From contig CAYSRJ010000015.1 of the NCBI GenBank assembly GCA_964433545.1, forward strand, positions 18 to 64,017: DNA of 64,000 bases, written 5' to 3'. A program made the translations under genes and the position numbers. Below the pieces are notes generated by a model that was given only the letters and a program-made list of their open reading frames with translations, was not told where the DNA came from and searched no databases. This document shows positions 9,218 to 18,031 of the stretch, in pieces. This stretch comes from an uncultured Spirochaetota bacterium. Lineage in GTDB: Bacteria > Spirochaetota > B62-G9 > DRHN01. How positions within the stretch are numbered: position 1 is the first letter of the stretch; each line of letters opens with the position of its first letter.

Positions 9218-10453
9218 TTAGACCTCTTGATAAGTAAGACTGTTACGGTAGTTTTTCAGCGCGTGTTCGGTAAATGTTCTGAAATCAAGCACTGTATCCA
9301 TAAAGAAACGCTGCTTGAACGGCACTTCTTTGAAGTAGAGAAGGTGTGAAGGCTGACTGCTGTCAGACGCACCGAACCCACGCACATAGTCACTACAGTA
9401 CTGTTTGAGCCTTCCAACCAGCTCGGTCTCGATTCTATCCCCTCTTCTGATGAGGTATGTTTTTTTAAGTTGCATATGGGAGGGTGTAATGTAGTCGATA
9501 TGCCAGTGCAGTTTTTTTCTTTTCAGACGGTGGCGATGTACCCGGTTGCTCAGAGAGCCAAGTGCAGACCCGATATATACATAATAACCCCTTTCAAATC
9601 GTGTGCTGCCGAGGGCGCCGACTCTTATTGTTTGCAGCCTTTCGTTTCTCAATACCAGGATATAACTGCCGAAATCGGGGTTGTTCGACAGTACACTTTT
9701 CCAGTCGATCGGCACCTGTCTGATATGGGCGGTGTCCACGGTTACAGGGTCAGCAAGAGGCACGGTCAGTGCCCTGAAGCACACGCCTCTTTCTGCACCT
9801 GCCTCTTTAAAAGCCAGGGAACTGAACATTGGGTCGGTGTGAAAGTTCGGGTAGAAAATGCGTGCGGATCCATTGGTAATGATAAAAACCATATAAGCCT
9901 TCATGCCATCTTTTACAAGTTCTCTGAGATGCCGTATGTGAGAGGACGCACGTGTGCTTGGAGCATCGGGAAAAAGTGCGGTTCCGTTATGGCAGAGCGT
10001 GCAGGATTTGATTTCAACAAGTACAGGCGGCAGGCCTGTTTTTTCAAGATAAAAGTCGAACCTGCTTTTACCTATTGTTTTTTCCTGCGTTAAGCGGTAG
10101 CCGGTGTTCATGGATAAACCGATGGCGGCGGGTTTTTCGAGCAGTTTTTGTATTGTGCGTTGTACCGCGACGGTGTCAAGGAGAACAAAGGACCCCTGGT
10201 ACTCGGTTGAAACAACCCGGTATTTGAATTTTTTAGAGTGAGAAGTCGTCACAAAGAAAGGGTGTCCATGCACGCAAAACTCTTCCATTCGCCCGGTGTT
10301 GGGGATGTATGCCCGTGTGATGTCTGTGCTTTGGGTTTTGCCCAGATTCAGCACAAGGGTGAACCTGTTTTCACGGGCAATAAAGGATGCACGTTCAAAA
10401 TTATTATATAAAGCTATCCTTCCGTTTTTCATTATGGAATGAGTGTAGTGCAT
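9218..10453 (-). CDS. sfsA: SfsA-family PD-(D/E)XK nuclease fused to a C-terminal GIY-YIG (DUF123/Uri-type) nuclease domain
   Basis: RENRF, YIPNTGRM, SRFDF, VEIKSCTL, FPDAP (SfsA); then GSYILV...GYYVYIGSA...RVHRH...LHWHIDY...E...GFGASD (DUF123). The likely start is ATG10432. Confidence 0.88.
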   Translation of the reverse strand: MHYTHSIMKNGRIALYNNFERASFIARENRFTLVLNLGKTQSTDITRAYIPNTGRMEEFCVHGHPFFVTTSHSKKFKYRVVSTEYQGSFVLLDTVAVQRTIQKLLEKPAAIGLSMNTGYRLTQEKTIGKSRFDFYLEKTGLPPVLVEIKSCTLCHNGTALFPDAPSTRASSHIRHLRELVKDGMKAYMVFIITNGSARIFYPNFHTDPMFSSLAFKEAGAERGVCFRALTVPLADPVTVDTAHIRQVPIDWKSVLSNNPDFGSYILVLRNERLQTIRVGALGSTRFERGYYVYIGSALGSLSNRVHRHRLKRKKLHWHIDYITPSHMQLKKTYLIRRGDRIETELVGRLKQYCSDYVRGFGASDSSQPSHLLYFKEVPFKQRFFMDTVLDFRTFTEHALKNYRNSLTYQEV

Positions 10454-10585
10454 GCCCTGTAATCCTACAAGGATTTTACCGATCTATAGTGCCGCCGTCA
10501 AACAGCATTATTATATTCAGTTGCGAATATTCCCTAATATAGTATTATTTTAACGACGTACGGAACATACCCGGGAGGGTGTAGT

Positions 10586-11668
10586 ATGGCTGGCAGCAGC
10601 TTCGGCAGGTTGTTTCGCATTACCACGTTCGGTGAAAGTCACGGGAACGGCATTGGCGTGGTTATTGACGGAACGCCGCCCGGTGTCACCATTGACGCGA
10701 AAGATATACAGAAGGAGCTCGACCGCCGCAGGCCTGGCCAAAGTTCGATAACAACCGGGCGGGCGGAAACGGACCGGGTGGAACTGCTGTCCGGCATATT
10801 CGAAGGGAAGACAACCGGAACGCCGATTACCCTTTTCATTCGCAACAGGGAATACAAATCCTCTGATTACATGAAGCTTAAAGATGTATACAGGCCGGGA
10901 CATGCGGATTTTACCTATGAAGCAAAGTACGGTTTCCGCGACTGGCGCGGAAGCGGGAGAGCCTCAGGCAGGGAAACCGCTGCACGCGTAGCCGCAGGCG
11001 CGGTTGCGAAGCTCGTTTTGAAGACGCGCCAAATAACGGTGACCGGATACACGGTTGAAATAGGCGGTGTAACTGCGGAGAAGAGGGATCTGGCGGTGAT
11101 AGAGAAGAATGCGGTCCGCGCACCGGACAATGAAGCTGCTCAGCGTATGATACGGCGGATCGAAGAGGCGGTCGGGGAAAAAGACTCGCTCGGCGGGATT
11201 GTGGAAACGATGATACGTGGTGTGTCTGCAGGACTCGGTGATCCTGTTTTTGAAAAATTGGAGGCCCTTCTCGCAGCTGCAGTGATGTCGATCGGCGCGG
11301 TGAGGGGATTTGAAATAGGTGCCGGCTTCAGTTCGGCACGTATGAAAGGCTCGCAGTATAATGACCGATATTTTGTTGAAAACGATCGGGTTCGGGTTTT
11401 AAGCAACAATGCAGGGGGGGTCCTCGGTGGCATATCGACCGGGGCGCAAATAGAATTCCGAGCTGCTGTCCGTCCTCCGGCATCGATTGCGAAAATCCAG
11501 AAAACAGTCGATACAGCTGGGAATACACGAACGATCGAGGTGGAGGGGAGGCATGACCCGTGTATTGTGCCGAGAGTTGTTCCTGTCATTGAGGCAATGG
11601 CCGCCATTACACTTCTGGACTGCCTGCTCGTGCAGTCTGCATATAAAAGCTTTGAAACGAAGAGATAG
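10586..11668 (+). CDS. aroC: Chorismate synthase
   Basis: FGESHG, RRRPGQS, RPGHAD, RASGRETAARVAAGA, NNAGGVLGGIS, GRHDPC. Confidence 0.98.
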   Translation: MAGSSFGRLFRITTFGESHGNGIGVVIDGTPPGVTIDAKDIQKELDRRRPGQSSITTGRAETDRVELLSGIFEGKTTGTPITLFIRNREYKSSDYMKLKDVYRPGHADFTYEAKYGFRDWRGSGRASGRETAARVAAGAVAKLVLKTRQITVTGYTVEIGGVTAEKRDLAVIEKNAVRAPDNEAAQRMIRRIEEAVGEKDSLGGIVETMIRGVSAGLGDPVFEKLEALLAAAVMSIGAVRGFEIGAGFSSARMKGSQYNDRYFVENDRVRVLSNNAGGVLGGISTGAQIEFRAAVRPPASIAKIQKTVDTAGNTRTIEVEGRHDPCIVPRVVPVIEAMAAITLLDCLLVQSAYKSFETKR

Positions 11669-11774
11669 CCCCGCGTCTTGTATGTGAAGGAAATTTCATC
11701 CGGCAGTTTTTTTTGAACCGATTTTTTGGCCGTTCACGAGCATTATCAGACATCTTTTTGTAGCAGCAGGATTA

Positions 11775-12800
11775 CTAAAACTGTTCCAGAAAACGAAGGT
11801 CGGCGCTGTGAAAAAGCCTGATATCATCTATCCCGTATTTCATCATAACGAGCCGGTCGAGCCCCATCCCGAACGCAAATCCTGAATACTCCTCCGGATC
11901 AATGTCGCCTGCTCTGAGCACATTCGGATGCACCATTCCACAGCCGAGCAGCTCGTTCCAGCCTGAATTCTTGCATGCCGGGCAGCCCGTGCCGCCGCAC
12001 AGGAGACAGTTGATGTCTAATTCGAATCCGGGTTCGACAAAGGGAAAATATCCGGGACGGAGACGCACCTTGACCTCTCGCTGAAATACAGCTCTGAGCA
12101 TAGTCTTCATAACAGCTATGAGATTTGCAACTGAAATGTCCCTGTCGACCATAAGTCCTTCGACCTGATAAAAGGTATGCTCGTGCGAAGCATCAGTTTC
12201 TTCATATCTAAAAACTCTACCTGGAGCGATGACACGGATCGGTGGTTTGAATTTTTCCATGGTCCGTATTTGAACGCACGAGGTGTGGGTGCGAAGGAGG
12301 TTTCCGTCAGCCGTCCATATAGTGTCCTGAATATCACGCGCCGGATGATCAGGCGGAATGTTGAGAGCCTCGAAGTTATAGTAATCTGTTTCGACTTCAG
12401 GTCCCGTGGCAATGGTAAATCCCATCGAAGTAAAGATGTCTTCTACCTCGATTCGCATCTGTGTAATGGGGTGAAGATGCCCCCTCTCACGTACGTCCCC
12501 CGGCTGGGTGATATCGATTCTCTCGCTTTGCCCGATATGTGTAAATATCAGGTCCGCAAGGGTTTCGTTCTTCTCCAGGAGCAGTTGCTCTATCTTTTTT
12601 TTCACTTCATTTGATGCCTTGCCTGCCCTGGGCCGCAGATCTGGTTCGAGCTTTCCCAGGTTTTTAAGGATGGAGGTCAGTTCACTTTTTCTTCCCAGAT
12701 ATTTTATTCTGAGATTTTCTGCATCATGGAGGGATGAGGCGTTTTTTATTTCCCGGGCCGCTTCTTTTACCAGCTGATCGAGACGTGACAGGACTTCCAT
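11775..12800 (-). CDS. pheS: Phenylalanine--tRNA ligase alpha subunit
   Basis: GHLHP, NFEALNIPPDHPARDIQDT, LRTHTS, FYQVEG, YFPFVEP, GFAFGMGLDR. Confidence 0.98.
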   Translation of the reverse strand: MEVLSRLDQLVKEAAREIKNASSLHDAENLRIKYLGRKSELTSILKNLGKLEPDLRPRAGKASNEVKKKIEQLLLEKNETLADLIFTHIGQSERIDITQPGDVRERGHLHPITQMRIEVEDIFTSMGFTIATGPEVETDYYNFEALNIPPDHPARDIQDTIWTADGNLLRTHTSCVQIRTMEKFKPPIRVIAPGRVFRYEETDASHEHTFYQVEGLMVDRDISVANLIAVMKTMLRAVFQREVKVRLRPGYFPFVEPGFELDINCLLCGGTGCPACKNSGWNELLGCGMVHPNVLRAGDIDPEEYSGFAFGMGLDRLVMMKYGIDDIRLFHSADLRFLEQF

Positions 12801-12935
12801 ATATCTATGCCCCTGCTATAATTGTTAATCAGTTTAAACTACATATTTCATCTCTGCAGGTCAATCTTATTTGAGGCCTCTATTCATTCATTGGTATAAG
12901 AATACAACAGAGGAAGTGTCCTGTTATGGCTGTTG

Positions 12936-13955
12936 TCATTTTCCGCTGGTGTGACGTTTTTTTTGTTGATGGGTTTTCCGCATGATGAGCTGAGTTTTCA
13001 GTTTAACACGTTTTACAACGCCATCGTTTCTCCTGATATTGTTTAAGAGAATTTCGGCGCCGAGCTCGCCCATCTGCGCTGCCGGGGACCTTACCGTTGT
13101 AAGGGGAGGGAAAAGATACGCAGAATGGCTCATATCTCCAAACCCGATTATAGAAAGTTTCTCCGGTACTGCGATTCCGGCCTCGCGCGCAGCTTTTAAA
13201 ACACCGCTGGCGACTCTATCGTCTGTTGTTAAAACTGCGGTGAATAAGGCTGAGCGTAAATACTCGGTAAGTTTGCGATACCCGAACAGCTCTCTATCAT
13301 ATAATACAGCGGTGCTGCTTGATATGAGCAGATCCTCACTGTATTGAAGGCCGTTTTCATCGAGGGCGAACAGGAACCCTCTTTTAATTTCCTGTGTAAA
13401 GTAGAGATTCGGGTTATCATCGATAAACAGTATATTCCGATGGCCGAGAGAAAGAAGCAGTTTCGTTGCGCTGTAGCCGCCCTGAAAATAATCGATCTCA
13501 ATGAGGTTGACGTCTTCCCTCCCGGTTTCGCCGCCGAGCAGCACGAAATTTTTTTTCATCTCTATGAGCTCTTTGAGAGATCTGTCATCACGTTTCGGTT
13601 CCACGAGGAGAAGTCCGTCAAACCTGCCTTCTCTGAATCGGGCGCTGCATTCGCTTAACTCGATATTCGCGAGCACCTCCGTGGTGAACATCTGTTCGTG
13701 AAAAACAGTCATTGCCGCTTCGAGAATCTGAGGAAGGTTTAAAAAATAAAATGGCTTTATTGCTATACCGATGTTTCCGGTACGTCCTGTTTTTAAACTT
13801 TTTGCCGTGAGGTTTGTGGTGTAACCGAGCTCTCTTGCAGCCTGGAAGACATTTTCTTCTGTTGCGCCGGTGTAACTGCCCTTTTTATTGAGTACCCTGG
13901 ATACTGTGGCAATCGACACGCCGGCTTTTTCCGCGACGTCCCGTATGGTAGTCAT
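12936..13955 (-). CDS. LacI family transcriptional regulator
   Basis: TIRDVAEKAGVSIATVSRVLN HTH; C-terminal LSIIGFGD...PPLTTV. Confidence 0.95.
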   Translation of the reverse strand: MTTIRDVAEKAGVSIATVSRVLNKKGSYTGATEENVFQAARELGYTTNLTAKSLKTGRTGNIGIAIKPFYFLNLPQILEAAMTVFHEQMFTTEVLANIELSECSARFREGRFDGLLLVEPKRDDRSLKELIEMKKNFVLLGGETGREDVNLIEIDYFQGGYSATKLLLSLGHRNILFIDDNPNLYFTQEIKRGFLFALDENGLQYSEDLLISSSTAVLYDRELFGYRKLTEYLRSALFTAVLTTDDRVASGVLKAAREAGIAVPEKLSIIGFGDMSHSAYLFPPLTTVRSPAAQMGELGAEILLNNIRRNDGVVKRVKLKTQLIMRKTHQQKKRHTSGK

Positions 13956-13982
13956 TGAAAATTCCCTGTTGAGTTGTTAAAG

Positions 13983-14011
13983 AGTATATCTGTTGTGTAG
14001 GGAAATGTCAA
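13983..14011 (-). promoter_or_regulatory. Sigma70 promoter of the lacI-family gene
   Basis: On the minus strand: TTGACA, 17 bp, TATACT. Confidence 0.75.
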
Positions 14012-14026
14012 GGTAAACGTTTACAT
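14011..14026. promoter_or_regulatory. LacI-family operator, copy 1
   Basis: AGGTAAACGTTTACAT contains the perfect palindrome GTAAACGTTTAC with a central CG. It abuts the -35 of the lacI gene. Confidence 0.8.
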
Positions 14027-14319
14027 ATTAAACATAAAAAGTTTTACGTGTTGAGCAATGTTTGCGGTCGACACGGCTGAATGGTACTGATTATTGCGGC
14101 GAAGGCGCAAAAATCAGTACTAAATAAATAGGTAAGTGACTTATCAATCGTAAATATACAATTTATCACTTGCCGAATGCTTTTTTCCAAAAAACCCGTA
14201 TAAACCGGAAAAAAAACAAGCGTATTGATATTTGAAATTGAAATTCTCGTACAGAATGACAAAATTCCAATAGATAAAACCTTAAAATTGAATTGTTTTT
14301 AAAAAAAAACATATTATGA

Positions 14320-14349
14320 TTGACAAATCTGTCCGGTTATGTTTATATA
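14320..14349 (+). promoter_or_regulatory. Sigma70-like promoter of the MsmX-like ATPase gene
   Basis: TTGACA at 14320 and TATATA at 14344 (18 bp spacer). Confidence 0.5.
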
Positions 14350-14388
14350 TATGAGGAACAAGAAAATAGATGTAGATGTGTTTCATTT

Positions 14389-14404
14389 AGGTAAACGTTT
14401 ACAT
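14389..14404. promoter_or_regulatory. LacI-family operator, copy 2
   Basis: Identical 16-mer AGGTAAACGTTTACAT between the promoter and the start codon of the ATPase gene. Confidence 0.8.
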
Positions 14405-14424
14405 CGATAATTGCGGGGGAAAAT

Positions 14425-15525
14425 ATGGCACAGGTTGAAATGAGAAATCTTAAGAAGGTGTTTGAAGGAAATGTCGTCGCAGTACAGGATTTTAGTCTTG
14501 ATATCAATGACAAGGAGTTTGTGGTGCTTGTCGGCCCATCCGGGTGCGGTAAATCAACGACACTGCGGTGTGTCGCAGGGCTGGAAGAGATCACAGACGG
14601 AGAGATTCATATCGGCGGCAAGCTCGTCAATGATATACCGCCGAAAGACAGGGATATTGCAATGGTCTTTCAGAACTATGCGCTGTATCCCCATATGAAT
14701 GTGTACAAGAACCTGTCGTTCGGACTTGAATTGAGGAAGATGAAGAAAGAAGAGATCAACCGCCGGGTGCATGAAGCGGCGCAGATACTGGATATCGAGC
14801 ATCTGCTCGACAGAAAACCGAAGGCGCTCTCAGGCGGCCAGAGACAGAGAGTTGCGGTCGGAAGGGCCATTGTGAGAAAACCGGCCGTTTTCCTGTTCGA
14901 TGAGCCTCTTTCAAACCTCGACGCAAAGCTCCGCGTTCAGATGCGCGCGGAGATTGCGAAGCTGCATCATGCCCTCCAGGCGACCATTATCTATGTCACC
15001 CACGACCAGGTAGAGGCAATGACCATGGGAAGCAGAATCGTGGTGCTGAAGGACGGTCTTATCCAGCAGGTATCCGACCCGCTTACACTCTACAATAATC
15101 CCGTCAACAAGTTCGTCGCCGGATTCATCGGAAGCCCGTCGATGAACTTCATGGACTCCGATCTGGTGAAAGAGGGATCAGACTATTTTGTGAAAACGGA
15201 TGGCATTAAGGTGATCATGCCGCAAGACAAGTATCAAACAATAGCATCCTTTGAAGGGAAAAAGGTTACATTCGGTTTTCGTCCTGAAGACATGATCGAC
15301 GAGAATATCTCCAAAGACAAGGAGGGTAAGGTAGTTCGGGCGAAAGTCGAAGTTATCGAGCCCCTTGGTTCTGAAATTTACCTGTACCTGAGTGCAGGAG
15401 GCGACAACTTTGTGGTACGTGTCCCGTCCCAGTACAGAACAGAATTGGGAGATGAAGTAGGATTTGCCGTTGATCTGAAAAAATGCCATTTGTTTGATGC
15501 TGAAACAGAAAAGGCTATTTTTTAA
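14425..15525 (+). CDS. CUT1 sugar ABC transporter ATPase (MsmX/MsiK/MalK-like), stand-alone
   Basis: GPSGCGKST, LSGGQRQRVA, FLFDEPLSNLDAKLR, YVTHDQVEAMT, TOBE-like C-terminus. There is no adjacent permease. Confidence 0.95.
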   Translation: MAQVEMRNLKKVFEGNVVAVQDFSLDINDKEFVVLVGPSGCGKSTTLRCVAGLEEITDGEIHIGGKLVNDIPPKDRDIAMVFQNYALYPHMNVYKNLSFGLELRKMKKEEINRRVHEAAQILDIEHLLDRKPKALSGGQRQRVAVGRAIVRKPAVFLFDEPLSNLDAKLRVQMRAEIAKLHHALQATIIYVTHDQVEAMTMGSRIVVLKDGLIQQVSDPLTLYNNPVNKFVAGFIGSPSMNFMDSDLVKEGSDYFVKTDGIKVIMPQDKYQTIASFEGKKVTFGFRPEDMIDENISKDKEGKVVRAKVEVIEPLGSEIYLYLSAGGDNFVVRVPSQYRTELGDEVGFAVDLKKCHLFDAETEKAIF

Positions 15526-15596
15526 CGGATTTTAGCAAATAGAAAAATGACTGCGTGAAAGAAGCAGAAAATTTCGTTTTGAATAATCGCTGAATA

Positions 15597-15631
15597 AAAC
15601 AGGCGCATCCGGTCGACGGATGCGCCTGTTT
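15597..15631. terminator. Bidirectional intrinsic terminator
   Basis: 15-bp perfect stem aaacaggcgcatccg / cggatgcgcctgttt with a 5-nt loop, between convergent genes. Confidence 0.85.
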
Positions 15632-15684
15632 ATAGTGTCGGGTATCACATCCGGTTGCTACCAGAGGCAGTGCCCTTTAGTTTT

Positions 15685-16245
15685 TTATGCGAGTTTTTCA
15701 ACCTCTCGTTTAAATTGATGAATATCAAGCGGCTCATGCAACACGCTGAAATTCCGTGTTCCGGTAAGCTGTTTTTTAATTTCTGTTAAATCTTCACCCT
15801 CTTCGGCGATAATCAGGAGGGAGAGATTCTTCGTTTCTTCATTTTCGGAAAATGAATCGATTAATGATTTCAAGGATAGTTTTGACAGCCGAGTACCGGA
15901 TATAATGAATGACGGTCGATTATTACCGATGGAGATACCAATACTGATGAGGTCATCTGCCGTTATAACATCGAAATCAAGCATTTCGAGCAGACCGCTC
16001 AAGAATTTAATCCTGTCAGTATTCTCCTCGATGATGAGAACGAACTCGTTGGAATCAAGATTCGGCATGTTAAATTCCTGTCTGAACCGCTCGAGCTCTG
16101 ATCGTTCTATTTTGTAAAACCCGCCGGGTGTCGTTTTCGCCCGGATCTTAGCGCTCTGGCACCATTTTCGTACCGACTGTTGTGAAACACCAAGAAGACG
16201 CGCCGCTTCCTCAGTGCTGATAATTTTTCCCTCTCCCTTAAGCAT
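15685..16245 (-). CDS. Excisionase-like HTH (HTH_17) fused to a degenerate response-regulator receiver domain
   Basis: STEEAARLLGVSQQSVRKWC...TPGGFYKI; then VLIIEE...PSFIISG...LLIIA...HEPL, a receiver fold lacking the Asp, Thr and Lys. Confidence 0.82.
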   Translation of the reverse strand: MLKGEGKIISTEEAARLLGVSQQSVRKWCQSAKIRAKTTPGGFYKIERSELERFRQEFNMPNLDSNEFVLIIEENTDRIKFLSGLLEMLDFDVITADDLISIGISIGNNRPSFIISGTRLSKLSLKSLIDSFSENEETKNLSLLIIAEEGEDLTEIKKQLTGTRNFSVLHEPLDIHQFKREVEKLA

Positions 16246-16501
16246 GTTATCTCCTTTCTTCCATAGGTATGCGATTGAGTCGTACGCTATTGCAGTGTAT
16301 CAAAAATAAAAGGATAATTCAACCATTAAGATCATTTTAAATAAATTATTTAGATATCAAAAAATATTTTATCTAATCGCAAATGATACTTGTAAAGAAT
16401 AAATTACTGTATTTTTAATATATTCAGATAAAATATTGAATTTACCGTAAAAAGGGTAATTATACTTATTTATTGAAGCAAGAAAGACGTCCTACTGTCG
16501 C

Positions 16502-18016
16502 TCACCGGTTGTTTCTACGGTCGATGAGAATAAATATTCCTGCAATCACGAGAAATCCTGCGGAAATTGAAAGATACGGGCGTGCTCCCGCCATGAGTAA
16601 CACATACCCGCAAAAGATCGTGACTGCTGCGGCAATGAATGAGTAGATGATCTGTGTATTGAAGTGGCCGTTTACCGAAGATTTCACGATTGCTGTGGAA
16701 AGAATGAAGTTGAGTGATAGGGGAGAATTGATGTCCCCGAAGGAGGCGCCTGATAGTACCGATCCAATTGTCGCAAAGGTCAGGTTTCCGACAATGTGCG
16801 GGTCAGGAAAATTTAAACCAAGTAGCTTCAAAGCTAAAGGAATCATTGTCAGTATGGTAAGCGTTGATGACCCACTTAAAAAACTGAAAACCGATGAGAG
16901 CAGAAATACAATCAGAGGAACCAGAACCGCAGGTAATGAACCTCTTAGAATTAATGCGGTGATCGACGACTGAAAGCCGATTTTTTTTGCCATTGCGTGG
17001 GCCGACATGGCAAGCATCAGATAGAGTGCCGTTACCAGTGGGGTGAGAATAACCTTGTTAGGTTTTAATTGATTGTATGTTATTGATTTTGTCAAAAGCA
17101 GAAAAACAATGACAAATATCATGCCCGAGAACAGGGCGTTCATGAATACAAGCTGAAAGTTCCGTACATTCTCGACGGCATTCGCCGCAGGCAGTCTGTT
17201 TTCAAACAGAAGGCTGAGCAGGATACTGCCTAAAACAATTAAAAGGGCTGCAGGCACACCGTAGAGTGCCAGTCTGTCAGAGGGTTTTGCTCGCTTTTCA
17301 GTTTCAATTCCGAAATGAATGAACGGCGCCGAGTCTTTATACCGGCCTTCCTTCATGAGGAAAATATCCTTCTTTAATGCAATGGACGTTATAACGGTGA
17401 ATACAGCAAATATCGAGGAAAATTGATACGGTATGCTTTTATAAAAGGCCATGACAGGTGAATACTCGATGCCGAGTCCTTCAAAGGCGGTTCCGATCAC
17501 GGTTATGATGAGCGGAGTGAGTGTTGTAAACGGTATGAGAGTTGAAACAGCCGATGTTGAGGTATTGAGAATATACGCATGTTTCAGTGATGACAGTTTT
17601 TTTCGTTCAGCAAAAGGCCGTGAAAATAGACCGATGAGCAGTACGGCAAGGTATCGGTCGATACATACGGCGAGTCCCGAAACAAGCTCAACTGCTTCAA
17701 GGATTCCTTTTGTAAGATTATTATTTGCTAGTTTTTTTGTAAACGCATGTATAAATCCGCTCCTGTTTAGCAGGGAAAAGAAAAGCAAAGCCTCACCGAT
17801 TATTAGTAAAACCAAAATATTGGTACTGTCAGTAAATGCAGTGCCTGCTATGCTGCCGGCGGTGTGAAAGAAACCGAGGAGCGGATTGAATCGTGAAAGA
17901 ATAATGGAACCTAATATCAGACTGCCGATGATGGGAAAGATAACGTCCCGCTGCCACAGGAGAAAAAAAATTGCAAGTATAAAGGGAATCAATCCAAGTA
18001 GACCGAAACTTACCAA
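16502..18016 (-). CDS. Na+/H+ antiporter NhaC family membrane protein
   Basis: Multi-pass hydrophobic protein with IDRY, AYILNTSTSAVSTLIPF, SFLSGSS, GSVLSGASFGDINSPLS motifs resembling NhaC. Confidence 0.75.
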   Translation of the reverse strand: MVSFGLLGLIPFILAIFFLLWQRDVIFPIIGSLILGSIILSRFNPLLGFFHTAGSIAGTAFTDSTNILVLLIIGEALLFFSLLNRSGFIHAFTKKLANNNLTKGILEAVELVSGLAVCIDRYLAVLLIGLFSRPFAERKKLSSLKHAYILNTSTSAVSTLIPFTTLTPLIITVIGTAFEGLGIEYSPVMAFYKSIPYQFSSIFAVFTVITSIALKKDIFLMKEGRYKDSAPFIHFGIETEKRAKPSDRLALYGVPAALLIVLGSILLSLLFENRLPAANAVENVRNFQLVFMNALFSGMIFVIVFLLLTKSITYNQLKPNKVILTPLVTALYLMLAMSAHAMAKKIGFQSSITALILRGSLPAVLVPLIVFLLSSVFSFLSGSSTLTILTMIPLALKLLGLNFPDPHIVGNLTFATIGSVLSGASFGDINSPLSLNFILSTAIVKSSVNGHFNTQIIYSFIAAAVTIFCGYVLLMAGARPYLSISAGFLVIAGIFILIDRRNNR

Positions 18017-18031
18017 CGATCAGCTCCTCTC

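Noticed and set aside
15685-16245. Excisionase as evidence of a prophage or ICE
   Set aside because: The HTH is fused to a receiver-like domain and flanked by housekeeping genes, with no integrase, att site or phage genes.
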